A DNA stretch of 35,397 bases from Eledone cirrhosa (Eukaryota), in assembly GCA_964016885.1 (NCBI GenBank), contig CAXHJY010000074.1, positions 1 to 35,397 on the forward strand, read 5' to 3'. The notes below the pieces were generated by a model. That model made no database searches. It was not told where the DNA came from and worked only from the letters and a program-made list of their open reading frames with translations. Below, in pieces: positions 1 to 14,009 of this stretch. The translations under genes were made by a program, and so were the position numbers. Positions within the stretch are counted from its first letter, which is position 1; each line of letters starts with the position of its first letter.

Positions 1-193
1 CATATATATATATATATATAGACATATATATATATATATATAGACATATATATATATATATAAACATATATATATATATATATATAGACATATATATATA
101 ATATATAGACATATATATATACAGAGACATATATATATATATAGAGACATATATATATAGAGAGAGACATATAGATATATATATATATATATA

Positions 194-239
<46 letters not shown>

Positions 240-311
240 TATATATATATATATAGAGAGAGACATATATATATAGACATATATATATATATAGACATAT
301 ATATATATATA

Positions 312-365
<54 letters not shown>

Positions 366-499
366 TATATATTTATATAGACATATATATATAGACATAT
401 ATATATATATATATATATAAACATATATATATATATATATATAGACATATATATATATAGACATATATATATAGAGAGATATAGAGATATATATATATA

Positions 500-571
<72 letters not shown>

Positions 572-942
572 TATATATTTATATAGACATATATATATAT
601 ATATATAGACATATATATAGACATATATATATATATAGACATATATATATATATATATATAGAGATATATATATATAGACATATATATATATATATATAG
701 ACATATATATATATATATATATAGACATATATATATATATATATATATAGACATATATATATATATAGACATATATATATATAGACATATATATATATAT
801 ATATAGACATACATATATATATATATATAGACATATATATATATATATATATAGACATATATATATATATAGACATATATATATATATATAGACATATAT
901 ATATACATATATATATAGAGAGACATATATATATATATGGAG

Positions 943-989
<47 letters not shown>

Positions 990-1026
990 TATATATATAC
1001 ATATAGACATATATATATAAATAGAC

Positions 1027-1059
<33 letters not shown>

Positions 1060-1080
1060 GACATATATATATAAATAGAC

Positions 1081-1111
<31 letters not shown>

Positions 1112-1516
1112 GACATATATATATATATAGACATATATATATATATATATAGACATATATATATATATATAGACATATATATATATATATATATATAGAC
1201 ATATATATATATATATATATATATAGACATATATATATATAGACATATATATATATATAGACATATATATATATATATAGACGTATATACATATATATAT
1301 ATATATATATAGACATATATATATATATAGACATATATATATATATATAGACATATATATATATATATAGACATATATATATATAGACATATATATATAT
1401 ATATATAGACATATATATATATATATATAGACATATATATATATATATATAGACATATATATATATATATATATAGACATATATATATATATAGACACAC
1501 ATATATATATATATAG

Positions 1517-1595
<79 letters not shown>

Positions 1596-2036
1596 TATAT
1601 ATATATAGAGATATATATATATATAGACATATATTGAGAAATATATATATATAGACATATATAGACATATATATATATAGACATATATAGACATATATAT
1701 ATATATATAGACATATATATATATATATAGACATATATATATATATATACATAGACATATATATATATATATATATATAGACATATATATATATAGACAA
1801 TATATATATATATATATATATTAGAATTGGAGGTATATATATATATATATAGACATATATATATATAGACATATATATATATATAGACATATATATATAT
1901 AGACATATATATATAGACAGATATATATAGACATATATATATATATATAGACATATATATATATATATAGATATATATATATATATATAGACATATATAT
2001 ATATATAGACATATATATATATAGACATATATATAT

Positions 2037-2073
<37 letters not shown>

Positions 2074-2179
2074 TATATAGATATATATATAGACATTATA
2101 TATATATATATAGACATATATATATATATAGACATTATATATATATATATATATATATATAGACATATATATATATATA

Positions 2180-2223
<44 letters not shown>

Positions 2224-2237
2224 TATATATATATATA

Positions 2238-2284
<47 letters not shown>

Positions 2285-2525
2285 ATATATATATATATAT
2301 ATATATATATAAACATATATATATATATAGACATATATATATATATAGACATATATATATATAGACATATATATATATATATATAGACATATATATATAT
2401 AGACATATATATATATATATATAGACATATATATATATATATATAGACATATATATATATATATAGACATATATATATATATATAGACATATATATATAT
2501 ATATAGACATATATATATATATATA

Positions 2526-2595
<70 letters not shown>

Positions 2596-2861
2596 TATAT
2601 ATATATATATATATAGACATATATATATATATATATAGACATATATATATAGACATATATATATATATATATATATAGACATATATATATATATAGACAT
2701 ATATATATATATATATATATATAGACATATATATATATATATATAGACATATATATATATATATATATAGACATATATATATATATATAGACATATATAT
2801 ATATATATATATAGACATATATATATATATATATAGACATATATATATATATATATATATA

Positions 2862-2899
<38 letters not shown>

Positions 2900-2917
2900 T
2901 ATATATATATATATATA

Positions 2918-2975
<58 letters not shown>

Positions 2976-3066
2976 TATATATATATATATATAGACATAT
3001 ATGTATATATATAGACATATATGTATATATATATAGACATATATGTATATATATATATATATAGAC

Positions 3067-3097
<31 letters not shown>

Positions 3098-3161
3098 GAC
3101 ATATATATATATATACATATAGACATATATATATATATATATAGACATATATATATATATA

Positions 3162-3197
<36 letters not shown>

Positions 3198-3225
3198 TAT
3201 ATATAGATATATATATATATATATA

Positions 3226-3265
<40 letters not shown>

Positions 3266-3860
3266 TATATATAGATATATATATATATATAGATATATAT
3301 ATATATATATAGACATATATATATATATAGATATATATATATATATATAGACATATATATATATATAGACATATATATATATATAGACATATATATATAT
3401 ATAGACATATATATATATAGACATATATATATATAGACATATATATATAGACATATATATATATATAGACATATATATATATATAGACATATATATATAT
3501 ATAGACATATATATATAGACATATATATATATAGACATATATATATATATAGACATATATATATATATATATATATATAGACATATATATATATATAGAC
3601 ATATATATAATATATATATATAGACATATATATATATATGGACATATATATATATATAGACATATATATAGACATATATATATATATATATATATATAGA
3701 CATATATATATATATAGACATATATATATATAGACATATATATATATATATATTGACATATATATATATATATAGACATATATATATATATATATATTGA
3801 CATATATATATATTGACATATATATATATATATATATTGACATATATATATATATATATT

Positions 3861-3891
<31 letters not shown>

Positions 3892-4247
3892 TGACATATA
3901 TATATTGACATATATATATATATATATATAGACATATATATATATATATAGACATATATATATATATATATTGACATATATATATATATATAGACATATA
4001 TATATATTGACATATATATATATATATATATATTGACATATACATATATATTGACATATATATATATATATATATATATAGACATATATATATATATATA
4101 TATATTGACATATATATATATATATATTGACATATATATATATATATATTGATATATATATATATATATATATATTGACATATATATATATATATATTGA
4201 TATATATATATATATATATATATTGACAGATATATATATATATATAT

Positions 4248-4339
<92 letters not shown>

Positions 4340-5022
4340 ACATATATATATATATTGACATATATATATATTGACATATATATATTGACATATATATATA
4401 TTGACATATATATATATATATATATTGACACATATATATATATATATATATTGACACATATATATATATATATATATATATTGACACATATATATATATA
4501 TTGACACATATATATATATATACATTGACACATATATATATATATATATATATATATTGACATATATATATATATATACATTGACATATATATATATATA
4601 TACATTGACATATATATATATATATATACATTGACATATATATATATATATACATTGACATATATATATATATATATATACATTGACATATATATATATA
4701 TATATACATTGACATATATATATATATATATATATATATACATTGACATATATATATATATATATATTGACATATATATATATATATATATATATTGACA
4801 TATATATATATATATATTGACATATATATATATATATTGACATATATATATATATGTATATATTGACACATATATATATATATATATATATTGACACATA
4901 TATATATATATATATATATTGACACATATATATATATATATATATTGACACATATATATATATATATTGACATATATATATATATATATATTGACATATA
5001 TATATATATATATATATATTGA

Positions 5023-5059
<37 letters not shown>

Positions 5060-5251
5060 ATACATATATATATATATATATATATATATTGACACATATA
5101 TATATATATATATATATATATTGACACATATATATATATATATATTGACACACATATATATATATATATATTGACACATATATATATATATATATTGACA
5201 CATATATATAAATATATATTGACACATATATATATATATATATATATATTG

Positions 5252-5317
<66 letters not shown>

Positions 5318-5411
5318 ACACACATATATATATATATATATATATATTGACACATATATATATATATATATATATATTGACACATATATATATATATATA
5401 TATATATATTG

Positions 5412-5451
<40 letters not shown>

Positions 5452-5515
5452 ACACATATATATATATATATATATATATATTGACACATATATATATATA
5501 TATATATATATATTG

Positions 5516-5565
<50 letters not shown>

Positions 5566-6018
5566 ACATATATATATATATTGATATATATATATATATA
5601 TTGATATATATATATATATATTGACATATATATATATATATATTGACATATATATATATATAAATTGATATATATATATATATATATTGACATATATATA
5701 TATATAAATTGATATATATATATATATATATTGACATATATATATATATATATTGACATATATATATATATAAATTGATATATATATATATATATATTGA
5801 CATATATATATATATAAATTGATATATATATATATATAAATTGATATATATATATATATAAATTGATATATATATATATATATATTGATATATATATATA
5901 TATATATATTGACATATATATATATATATATATATTGACATATATATATATATATATATGTTGACATATATATATATATATATATTGACATATATATATA
6001 TATATATATATATTGACA
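1..6018. repeat. Interrupted (TA)n microsatellite/minisatellite array with TAGACA, TTGACA, TTGACACA, CATTGACA and AAATTGATA interruptions
   Basis: Read directly: short (TA)n runs separated by recurrent GAC-containing motifs. It explains the spurious IY-repeat ORFs. Confidence 0.98.
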
Positions 6019-6579
6019 TATTTGGGAGCAAAGATTGGGAATACGGAAGATGATGTGGTTGAGAGGAAGAGCAAGGCCTGGGCAGCGTGCCACAGCTTGA
6101 GATCGGTGTGGAAGTCGGACCTTCGTAGAGACCTGAAAATCCGCCTCTTCATTGCTGTAGTGGAGTCTGTGCTGCTGTATGGGTCTGAGACTTGGACACT
6201 GACCAAGAGACTCACTCAGATGGTGGATGGGTGCTACACGAGAATGCTGAGGATGGCTCTGAACATTAATCAGTATACACTGAGGATGAAAAACTCAGAG
6301 CTGTATGGGAGCCTCCCAAAAGTCAGCTCAAAAGTGACACAGAGGAGACTGAGGTTGGCTGGACATGCTCACCGACATCCAGAGTTGACATTGCACTCCG
6401 TGCTCCTTTGGGAGCCCCTACATGGACACACTGGAAGAGGAAGACCAAGGTTAACATATGTTGATGCCCTAAGGACAGACACTGGTCTGTTGGAGACGCA
6501 GGACATGGCAGCGATAATGAGGGACAGAGACCGCTGGAGAGAACTCGTCCATGGATCTCGGGAATTTTACCCGCCTTAG
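6013..6579 (+). mobile_element. 5'-truncated non-LTR retrotransposon (RTE-like LINE), C-terminal region downstream of the RT core
   Basis: Open 188-aa frame with [33 protein letters not shown] and GRGRPRLTY motifs typical of RTE-clade C-termini. The stop TAG runs directly into ATAGATATATA. Confidence 0.9.
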
Positions 6580-6581
6580 AT

Positions 6582-6645
<64 letters not shown>

Positions 6646-7004
6646 ATATATATATATATATATATATTGATATATATATATATATATATATTGATATATA
6701 TATATATATATATATTGATATATATATATATATATATATTGATATATATATATATATATATTGATATATATATATATATATATATTGACATATATATATA
6801 TATATATTGACATATATATATATATATTGACATATATATATATATATATATATTGACATATATATATATATATATATATTGACATATATATATATATATA
6901 TATATTGACATATATATATATATATATATATTGACATATATATATATATATATATTGACATATATATATATATTGACATATATATATATATATATATATA
7001 TATT

Positions 7005-7051
<47 letters not shown>

Positions 7052-7113
7052 ACATATATATATATATATATTGACATATATATATATAGACATATATATA
7101 TCTGTATAGACAT
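6580..7113. repeat. Continuation of the interrupted (TA)n array (TTGATA/TTGACA/TAGACA units)
   Basis: Same unit types as the array to the left of the LINE. Confidence 0.95.
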
Positions 7114-7730
7114 ATAATTTCTATGTTTCTCAAGAATGTTTGCTATAGGGGGAAGGGTGTAGTCGAGGTGTATAGAAAGGAACTAACACTATGTATATGA
7201 TTAAATAGTTGTTTTTTTTGTAAAAAGAACAGATAAAAAGTATACACATGAATAAATAGTGTAACAATTAATACTTGACCTCGAGAAAAAAATCGGCTTG
7301 ATGGCCTTATATATATATATGTGTGTGTGTGTGTGTTATTTGTTTATTTTATCTGATTTGTCAAGGATCAGTTACCAATGTTTTCATCGCTTCCTGCAAC
7401 AGAAAAAGAGGGGGTAGTGGGGGAGAGAGAGAAAGAGAGAGTTAGTGGTGGAGAGAGAACGGGAGGGGGAGAACACATGACCACCAATTCTGTAATGACA
7501 GGTGTCAGTCGACAAAGATGTCTAAAACCCGATGTTAAAATTTTTCTAATACGATTTCCTTCCTTTGTATGCACTTGCCTTGCACATACAGTAATTTTAT
7601 AAAGATTATTTACTGTTACTGTCTGCTAAAATAATAATAAACAAATAGATGAACGTAAATAAATATTTTTTTTTTAATGAAATACTACAGTTCTATTTTA
7701 TTTTTAATTAATTTAATTATTTTTTTAATT

Positions 7731-8215
7731 TTAAAACTCTTTTAGTACCAAACTGTCGGAAACCGCCCCCTGGTTCTGCGACACAAAACTGTTTATTTTC
7801 AAATGTTTATATTTACTTTTCAAAAACCATTCCATCCTAATTTTATGTAAAAATCCTTTCTTAAGTTATGTTCCAAATATGTGATAAATGAAAAAGTTGA
7901 TTATATTATTAAATCCCTCCAAATTCTTGATTATTTGAAAATAATTGACTGTCTTTCAATCGAAATATTGTAACGAAAGGGTTAAAGTGTTTATATTTAT
8001 CTAAAATCCTTCCGTCATAGTTTTATGTAAGAACCTTTATTAATTTATTACGAAAGTTAGTTATATTATTAAATCCTTCTAAATTCTTGATTATTTGAAA
8101 ATAATTGACAAGGCGATGTCCTATCATGACCGCAGTCTAATGACGGAAACCAGTAAAAAAAAAAAGCTTAAGTGGAAGAATGTCTTTCGATAGAAATCTG
8201 GTAACGAAAGGGTTA
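7731..8215. mobile_element. Putative TTAA-type (piggyBac-like) MITE with a tandemly duplicated right part
   Basis: Degenerate left end TTAAAACTCTTTTAGTACC versus right end GTAACGAAAGGGTTAA (7970-7985). Sequence ~7800-7985 is repeated at ~7986-8215, ending GGTAACGAAAGGGTTA. Confidence 0.55.
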
Positions 8216-8489
8216 GAAAGTTGGAAATGTAATTGAATTTAATCTAAAATATCTATATATTTTGTGTTTATTTACCTATTATATTTGTTTTTAGGTTGTT
8301 GTTTTTTTGGTTTTCTTTGCATGTCATTTCATTATATATATATATATACATAAATACAATATTTCGCTATTTTTCTTTTTGCTTTTCTTGCTTTCGTTGT
8401 TGTTTTATTTTAGAGAGAAATTATGGATTAAATTAAACAGCATCTTACTATAAACAAAGGAATATGCATAGACATCTACAAACGCCAAC

Positions 8490-8640
8490 ATTCGACCTGC
8501 TAACAATAGCAACAAAAATCCCTCTACTGTTTGTAAAAGGACATATTGGATAATCTATATAGTGCCTGATTTAGATTTACTGTACGAAAAAGTGAAGAGA
8601 TGGTCAAAGCTGGAACAGCTTAGATGATAGGGGATGCTCC
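8490..8640 (+). repeat. Dispersed interspersed repeat; related copies on - at ~19920-20005, ~26045-26240 and ~29940-30135
   Basis: Shared motifs GGACATATTGGATAAT / ATTATCTAATGTG and TGCTAACAATAGCA / CTGCTATTTCTAGCAG across copies. Confidence 0.6.
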
Positions 8641-8839
8641 TTCAGAGCAGAACCAACAATAAAAACGATACACATTCACACAAATTTGCATGGGGAGGGG
8701 GTGCGTTTTATTTGCCGTACACGCATTTGCATTAATATAGAGACACCTGTATATGCATATGTTTGAATGGGCTTGCATTCATGCGTGCTAATCATAATAT
8801 GTATAAACGTAACATTTAGTCACTCGCACATACAATGAC

Positions 8840-8911
8840 GCACACGCATATATATATATGTATATATATGTGTGTGTGTGAGTGAAATATGTTACTCCAC
8901 CTTTGTGTGTA

Positions 8912-8967
<56 letters not shown>

Positions 8968-9207
8968 TGCGTATGTACTCATAGAAATGGGTATTTGAAA
9001 GAATATGTGCATATAAGTATGCAAATAGATACACATTTATATAGATGCGTGCATACATATGTACGTATACTTGAATATGTACATGTATAATTATGTATGT
9101 ATGTATATGTGGGTGAGTGTGCATGTGTATGGTTTTATATGTGTGTGTGTGTACGTGCCTGTACCTATATGCGCCTCTCTCTCTCTCTCGCATATATATA
9201 TATATAT

Positions 9208-9261
<54 letters not shown>

Positions 9262-9299
9262 ATATATATATATATAATATATATATAATATATATATAT

Positions 9300-9332
<33 letters not shown>

Positions 9333-9455
9333 ATATATATATATATAATATATATATAATATATATATATAATATATATATAATATATATATATATATAA
9401 TATATATATATATATTATATATATAATATATAATATATATATATATAATATATAT

Positions 9456-9507
<52 letters not shown>

Positions 9508-9530
9508 TTTTGTATATATGTGTGTGTAGT
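8840..9530. repeat. Compound microsatellite (TG)n/(TA)n/(TATAA-interrupted)/(GA)n
   Basis: Read directly. Confidence 0.95.
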
Positions 9531-9830
9531 GAAAAATGCATTCAGTATACCCTGCAAAGTGGCTGACGATAGGAAGGGTATCCTGTTGTAGGGACCAGAC
9601 CAAAAAGGGGTCAAGAGGACACTTTAGTTGTATCAGGGACACAACAACCTTTCTAGTGTTGGTGATCTACACTATAAACACATGTAGTACACTCTGTAAA
9701 GTGGTTGATGATAAGAAGGGCATCCAACCATGGAAAACCTGCCAAACAAATAGTCAGGTCTCCTCAGCTGTCTCAAAGATATGATAACCTTCTTAGTAAT
9801 GGTGCCATGATAAAATGCTCTTGGTAGAGT
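9530..9830 (+). mobile_element. Degenerate RTE 3'-UTR-related fragments
   Basis: CAGTATACCCTGCAAAGTGG...AGGAAGGGTATCC and GTACACTCTGTAAAGTGGTTG...AAGGGCATCCAACCATGGAAA match the UTR at ~17695-17755. Confidence 0.6.
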
Positions 9831-10589
9831 GCACTTATATGTAAGTGAGATGTACGCTTATTACAGTAGTGTTCTAGTAAAGAGTGGCTTCGACTATAAG
9901 ATGTGATACACACCCACATCCTACCACCCAGACAAAAATATAGGCCTTATAATACGACTCTGTTTTCCCATCCTTGTTCTCTCAACATAAAGACTGACAT
10001 ACGTAGAAGATTAGTAGCAAGAATAAATAAGCACTTCTGTAGACATCACAATTATAGAGGTATCTTTAATAGAAACAACCTAAAGGTTAAGTGCTGAATT
10101 ACATATAAGCCAACAACTCCTAAAATTGAGACATGCACATGTAGGAATAAAGGGGTTAATTTCCAACACACTGCTTATTATTATTCTATTTTTATTTCTC
10201 AAACTCCCTGTTAAATGGCTGGACTAAGGAAGGACATTCAACCATAGGCCATGCCAAAATGGAAAGTGTGACCCATGTAGGATAGCAGGAACTTATTCAG
10301 TCTAAATAAGAACTGATCCAGACCATAACAACATATCAAACACATGCCAGCATAAGATATAATATAACTTGTGATCACATGACAACCACATTATGCTAGA
10401 TTTGTTTGGGGAAGTGGTAAATTGATCATGTATGTGCTTTGATATCTTCCTCCCTACATCTCTCACTCTCACATAGTGTTAACAAGACATATTCATCCTC
10501 TACATGGTCAGTGGTTAAACAACAGCTGTCTATAGCTATCTACCTATGTAGCTGTCTATCTTCAAACAAAAACAACATCCCTCTATCTA

Positions 10590-10800
10590 TTTTCCTGACT
10601 GTCTATCTATCTATCTATCTATCTACCTATCTCTCTTTCTATCTATCTTCCTAACTGCCTATCTACCTACCTAATTGTCTGTATGTCGCTTTAGCTGTCA
10701 ATCTCTCTATATCTCTATTTTTATATCTACTATCTACATAACTGTCTACTTGTCTGTCTATAGCTATTTATTTATGTATATTTACCATTGTATCTATCTT
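10590..10800. repeat. Degenerate (CTAT)n microsatellite
   Basis: Read directly. Confidence 0.8.
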
Positions 10801-11649
10801 TGGACAAGGATAACAATAACAATAGCAGTCTGTAGCATTGGTTTGATCAATGCCTTCCATGGAAAATATTGTAGCGGGAATCTGTGTGGAAGTCCATTGT
10901 ATGTATGTGTTTGTATCTATGACAGTCTCCCTAAAATCCACCCAGTACACTATGCAGTATGTAAGAATATACATAGGCAAGATGTAAAACATGTGGATAT
11001 CAGTAGCACTGATTATTTATTTTGCCTATGGTGAGCCGTTCAACCCTTTCTAGCATGGAAAACAGATGTTAAATGATGATTATATCTTCAAAACTGAGTA
11101 TTCATGAGTTTCTACTCAGAGTTTCTCTTTACCGATTCTCAGGCAAGAAATTTGTTATGGTAAAGAGCTGCTTAAATTGATGGTAGTTGGCCATGGGATA
11201 TAGACTGGGCTATGTCTCATGTCTCATAGAGGAATGAGATGGTGGTTAAAGGGCAAAAAACCAGTTACAATACTGTTCCCTCCCCTTACCCCTTGTAACT
11301 AATAAGTTACAAGTCATAAACAAGCAACACGAGTTAGTAGGTGTAGAAATAAAACACTTGCATGGGTTAGATGAGTTCTTCTTCTTCTTCTTCTTCTTCT
11401 TCTTCTTCTTGCATGGGTTGAATAAACACACACATACCATCACATATTCATTTTACATCTGTCTTTCAATGCTTGCATGTGTTGAATGAGTTTTGAAATT
11501 AAACAGGTCAGATAACCACATCTTACTCATGTGTTCTATTTTGGCGTGATTTCTATGGTTAGATGCCATTCCTAATGCCAACAACTTTACTGTGTGGCTA
11601 AATGTTTTAAAGTCTGTCATTAGGCCAGTGCTTGTCCTGGTTTCCTTGT

Positions 11650-12864
11650 TGTTAAGCAACTGAGAGTACAAGGCTCAGTCATCACACCCCTCCTATTTGT
11701 TATACTCTTCCAGCCATAATAGAGGAATTCAAGGCTGTTTCTCCATGGGGATACCTGTATGCTGATGATACCTAAATATGTAGAAAAACTAAAGTTGCAG
11801 ACATGGAAACAAAATCTGGCATCAAAGAGCCCCAAAGTAAACCTAGCAAAGAATAAAATTTTAGTTAGTAAGAAAGAGGATAAAACTCTGTCACCATCAG
11901 GATAATGACTGCTCTGTATGCAGAAAAGGAGTAGTTAGAAACTCCATATGATGTTCCCTGTGTTTACAATGGGTGTACAACAGATGTAGTGAGATCATGA
12001 GTAGAGTGACACAGAAGGTTGATTTCATATATAACAGGTACACAGGAGTAGTCAACAGTAAGGATACTTGTGAAATTAACATCCTCAAATTCTCAGGATC
12101 ACTAGAAGCAGTAGATAGCTTTTGCTATCTATATGGCCTCATTAGCAATGGAGGGGGATTTACCAAAAGTGTTGTAGGTAGTTCAGGGAGCTCTTACTTC
12201 TGATGACAACAAAGGGTTTCTCTGACAGAGTAAAGGGTAGATTGTATGATGTTTGTGTTTGAACAGCTGTGTGGGCTATGAAAGCAGAAAGTCAATGACA
12301 ACTAGAAAGGAATGAAGCATGCATGATTCACTGGATGTGTAATGTTAGTGTGCATGAGTGACAGGGCACAAGATGAGAGCTGAGAGAAAAGCCTAGTATA
12401 ACAGATGACACAGAATCATTATGAATGGTGACTTGCCATGCTAGGAAAGACCCACCTACCAGTGCAAGCATGGTACTGCTGAAAGTAAATGTGGTGAGAG
12501 ATTGAAGACTAAAAACTGCATAGAGTGGAGAGATCACTTTTAGCCTGCAGCAGACAAGAAAAACTCTAGTATTTTGTGTCATGACAGAACACACACAGTA
12601 TTCTGAAAAGCAGTTATGGATGAACTGAAACAACATAGAATAGAAAGGAGGCTTTGATCCTGTCAAGGACTTGACAACCTCGCTAGTGAATGTACCATGA
12701 AAAAATGCATCCAGTACAATCTGTAAAGTGGTTGGCATTAAGAAGGCCATCTTGCCACAAGATGGAATATATGAGCAAAATGTGGTTATTTGACCTGTAT
12801 TGTTGCAGGCTAAGGTTACCTGTCCAAGTGTGGAAAGCAAATTTAAAATGATGATAATGATGAT
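11650..12864 (+). mobile_element. Decayed RTE LINE fragment (RT domain to (GAT)n tail)
   Basis: QGSV..PLLF at ~11669, YADD at 11758-11769, EAVDSFCYL at ~12105-12131, UTR motif CTGTAAAGTGGTTGGCATTAAGAAGG and a terminal ATGATGATAATGATGAT. Many stops and frameshifts. Confidence 0.85.
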
Positions 12865-12873
12865 ATATGCGTA

Positions 12874-13053
12874 TGAGGGTCAGCTGAAAAGATCATAGAC
12901 TGACCAAGATACTCTCATGGAATGACCAAATGAGGTTTATTTTTCAACATACTCCCTGGAAAGAAACAATAGTTATTTATAAGAAGAAGTGAAAGTAATG
13001 CATGCAAGATTTCACAGCACTAGTCAGCATATGAACTTTTCAGCCTACCCTCA
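12874..13053. mobile_element. Mariner-family MITE (internal-deletion derivative, ~180 bp)
   Basis: Imperfect TIRs TGAGGGTCAGCTGAAAAGATCATA ... TATGAACTTTTCAGCCTACCCTCA with TA on the left. The right half matches the mariner end at ~33130-33246. Confidence 0.85.
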
Positions 13054-13450
<397 letters not shown>

Positions 13451-13875
13451 GAGAGACGTAAAATAAGAAAATTATAAAATTAACTTACTTAATAAAATAT
13501 CACTTCCAACTAATTAGTTTCTGAAATGGAATAAATATATTTTCCGAAGAAAACATATAGAATCATTTCGTCATCAGGGAAGACTATTCTCATCTAAGTA
13601 TCCAGGCAAAGCGGGGACTCTGGAAACTTGTTCAAAAATAATTCAGTGGATAGAAAATAGCAAAGCGTGGACTGAATTCCTAGCCATTGAGAAAATCACT
13701 GCCTCTGCGTCGGTGGCAAATTCAAAAAGAATCAATCACGTGACATCGAGGTCAATCAGTGGAAAGTGGTTTGCTAATAAGACAGCGGCCTGCTTGCTAC
13801 CATAGCAGCAGTCGTGGCCAATATTGCTCGACAAATAATTTGGAGATAATTATAAAGAATTAATATCTAGTAACA
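13451..13875 (-). mobile_element. Putative Penelope-like pLTR / non-autonomous retrozyme-like element inserted in (TA)n
   Basis: Non-coding unique island bounded by TA repeats. It carries a hammerhead near its 3' end followed by an AT-rich tail. Confidence 0.6.
13503..13582 (-). ncRNA. Type I hammerhead ribozyme motif (Penelope-type, palindromic stem III)
   Basis: The minus strand reads CUUCC-CUGAUGA-c[GAAAUG..AUAUGUUUUC(UUCG)GAAAAUAUAU..CAUUUC]a-GAAAC-UAAUUA-GUU^GGAAG. Stem I is CUUCC/GGAAG. Confidence 0.8.
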
Positions 13876-13931
13876 TATATATACATACAGATGCATATCA
13901 ATGCTAGCAAATATATAGGTTTTGTCTTAGT

Positions 13932-14008
13932 AACTTTGTGGTTCAATGCATGGGGTTGCAGAACAATCATATTATTGTTCTGCAACCCATGCATTGAACC
14001 ACAAAGTT
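13932..14008. other. Near-perfect 77-nt hairpin (35-bp stem, one bulged G, 6-nt loop)
   Basis: AACTTTGTGGTTCAATGCATGGGGTTGCAGAACAAT-catatt-ATTGTTCTGCAACCCATGCATTGAACCACAAAGTT. Confidence 0.9.
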
Positions 14009-14009
14009 T

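Noticed and set aside
3754-6018. TTGACA plus TA-rich spacer resembling tandem sigma70 promoters, or a CRISPR-like array
   Set aside because: Eukaryotic context. The spacers are only (TA)n of variable length, with no unique spacers or cas genes.
373-6215. Very long ORFs (1906, 1464 and 938 aa) of IY repeats
   Set aside because: Stop-free translation of the (TA)n array on the minus strand; no protein features.
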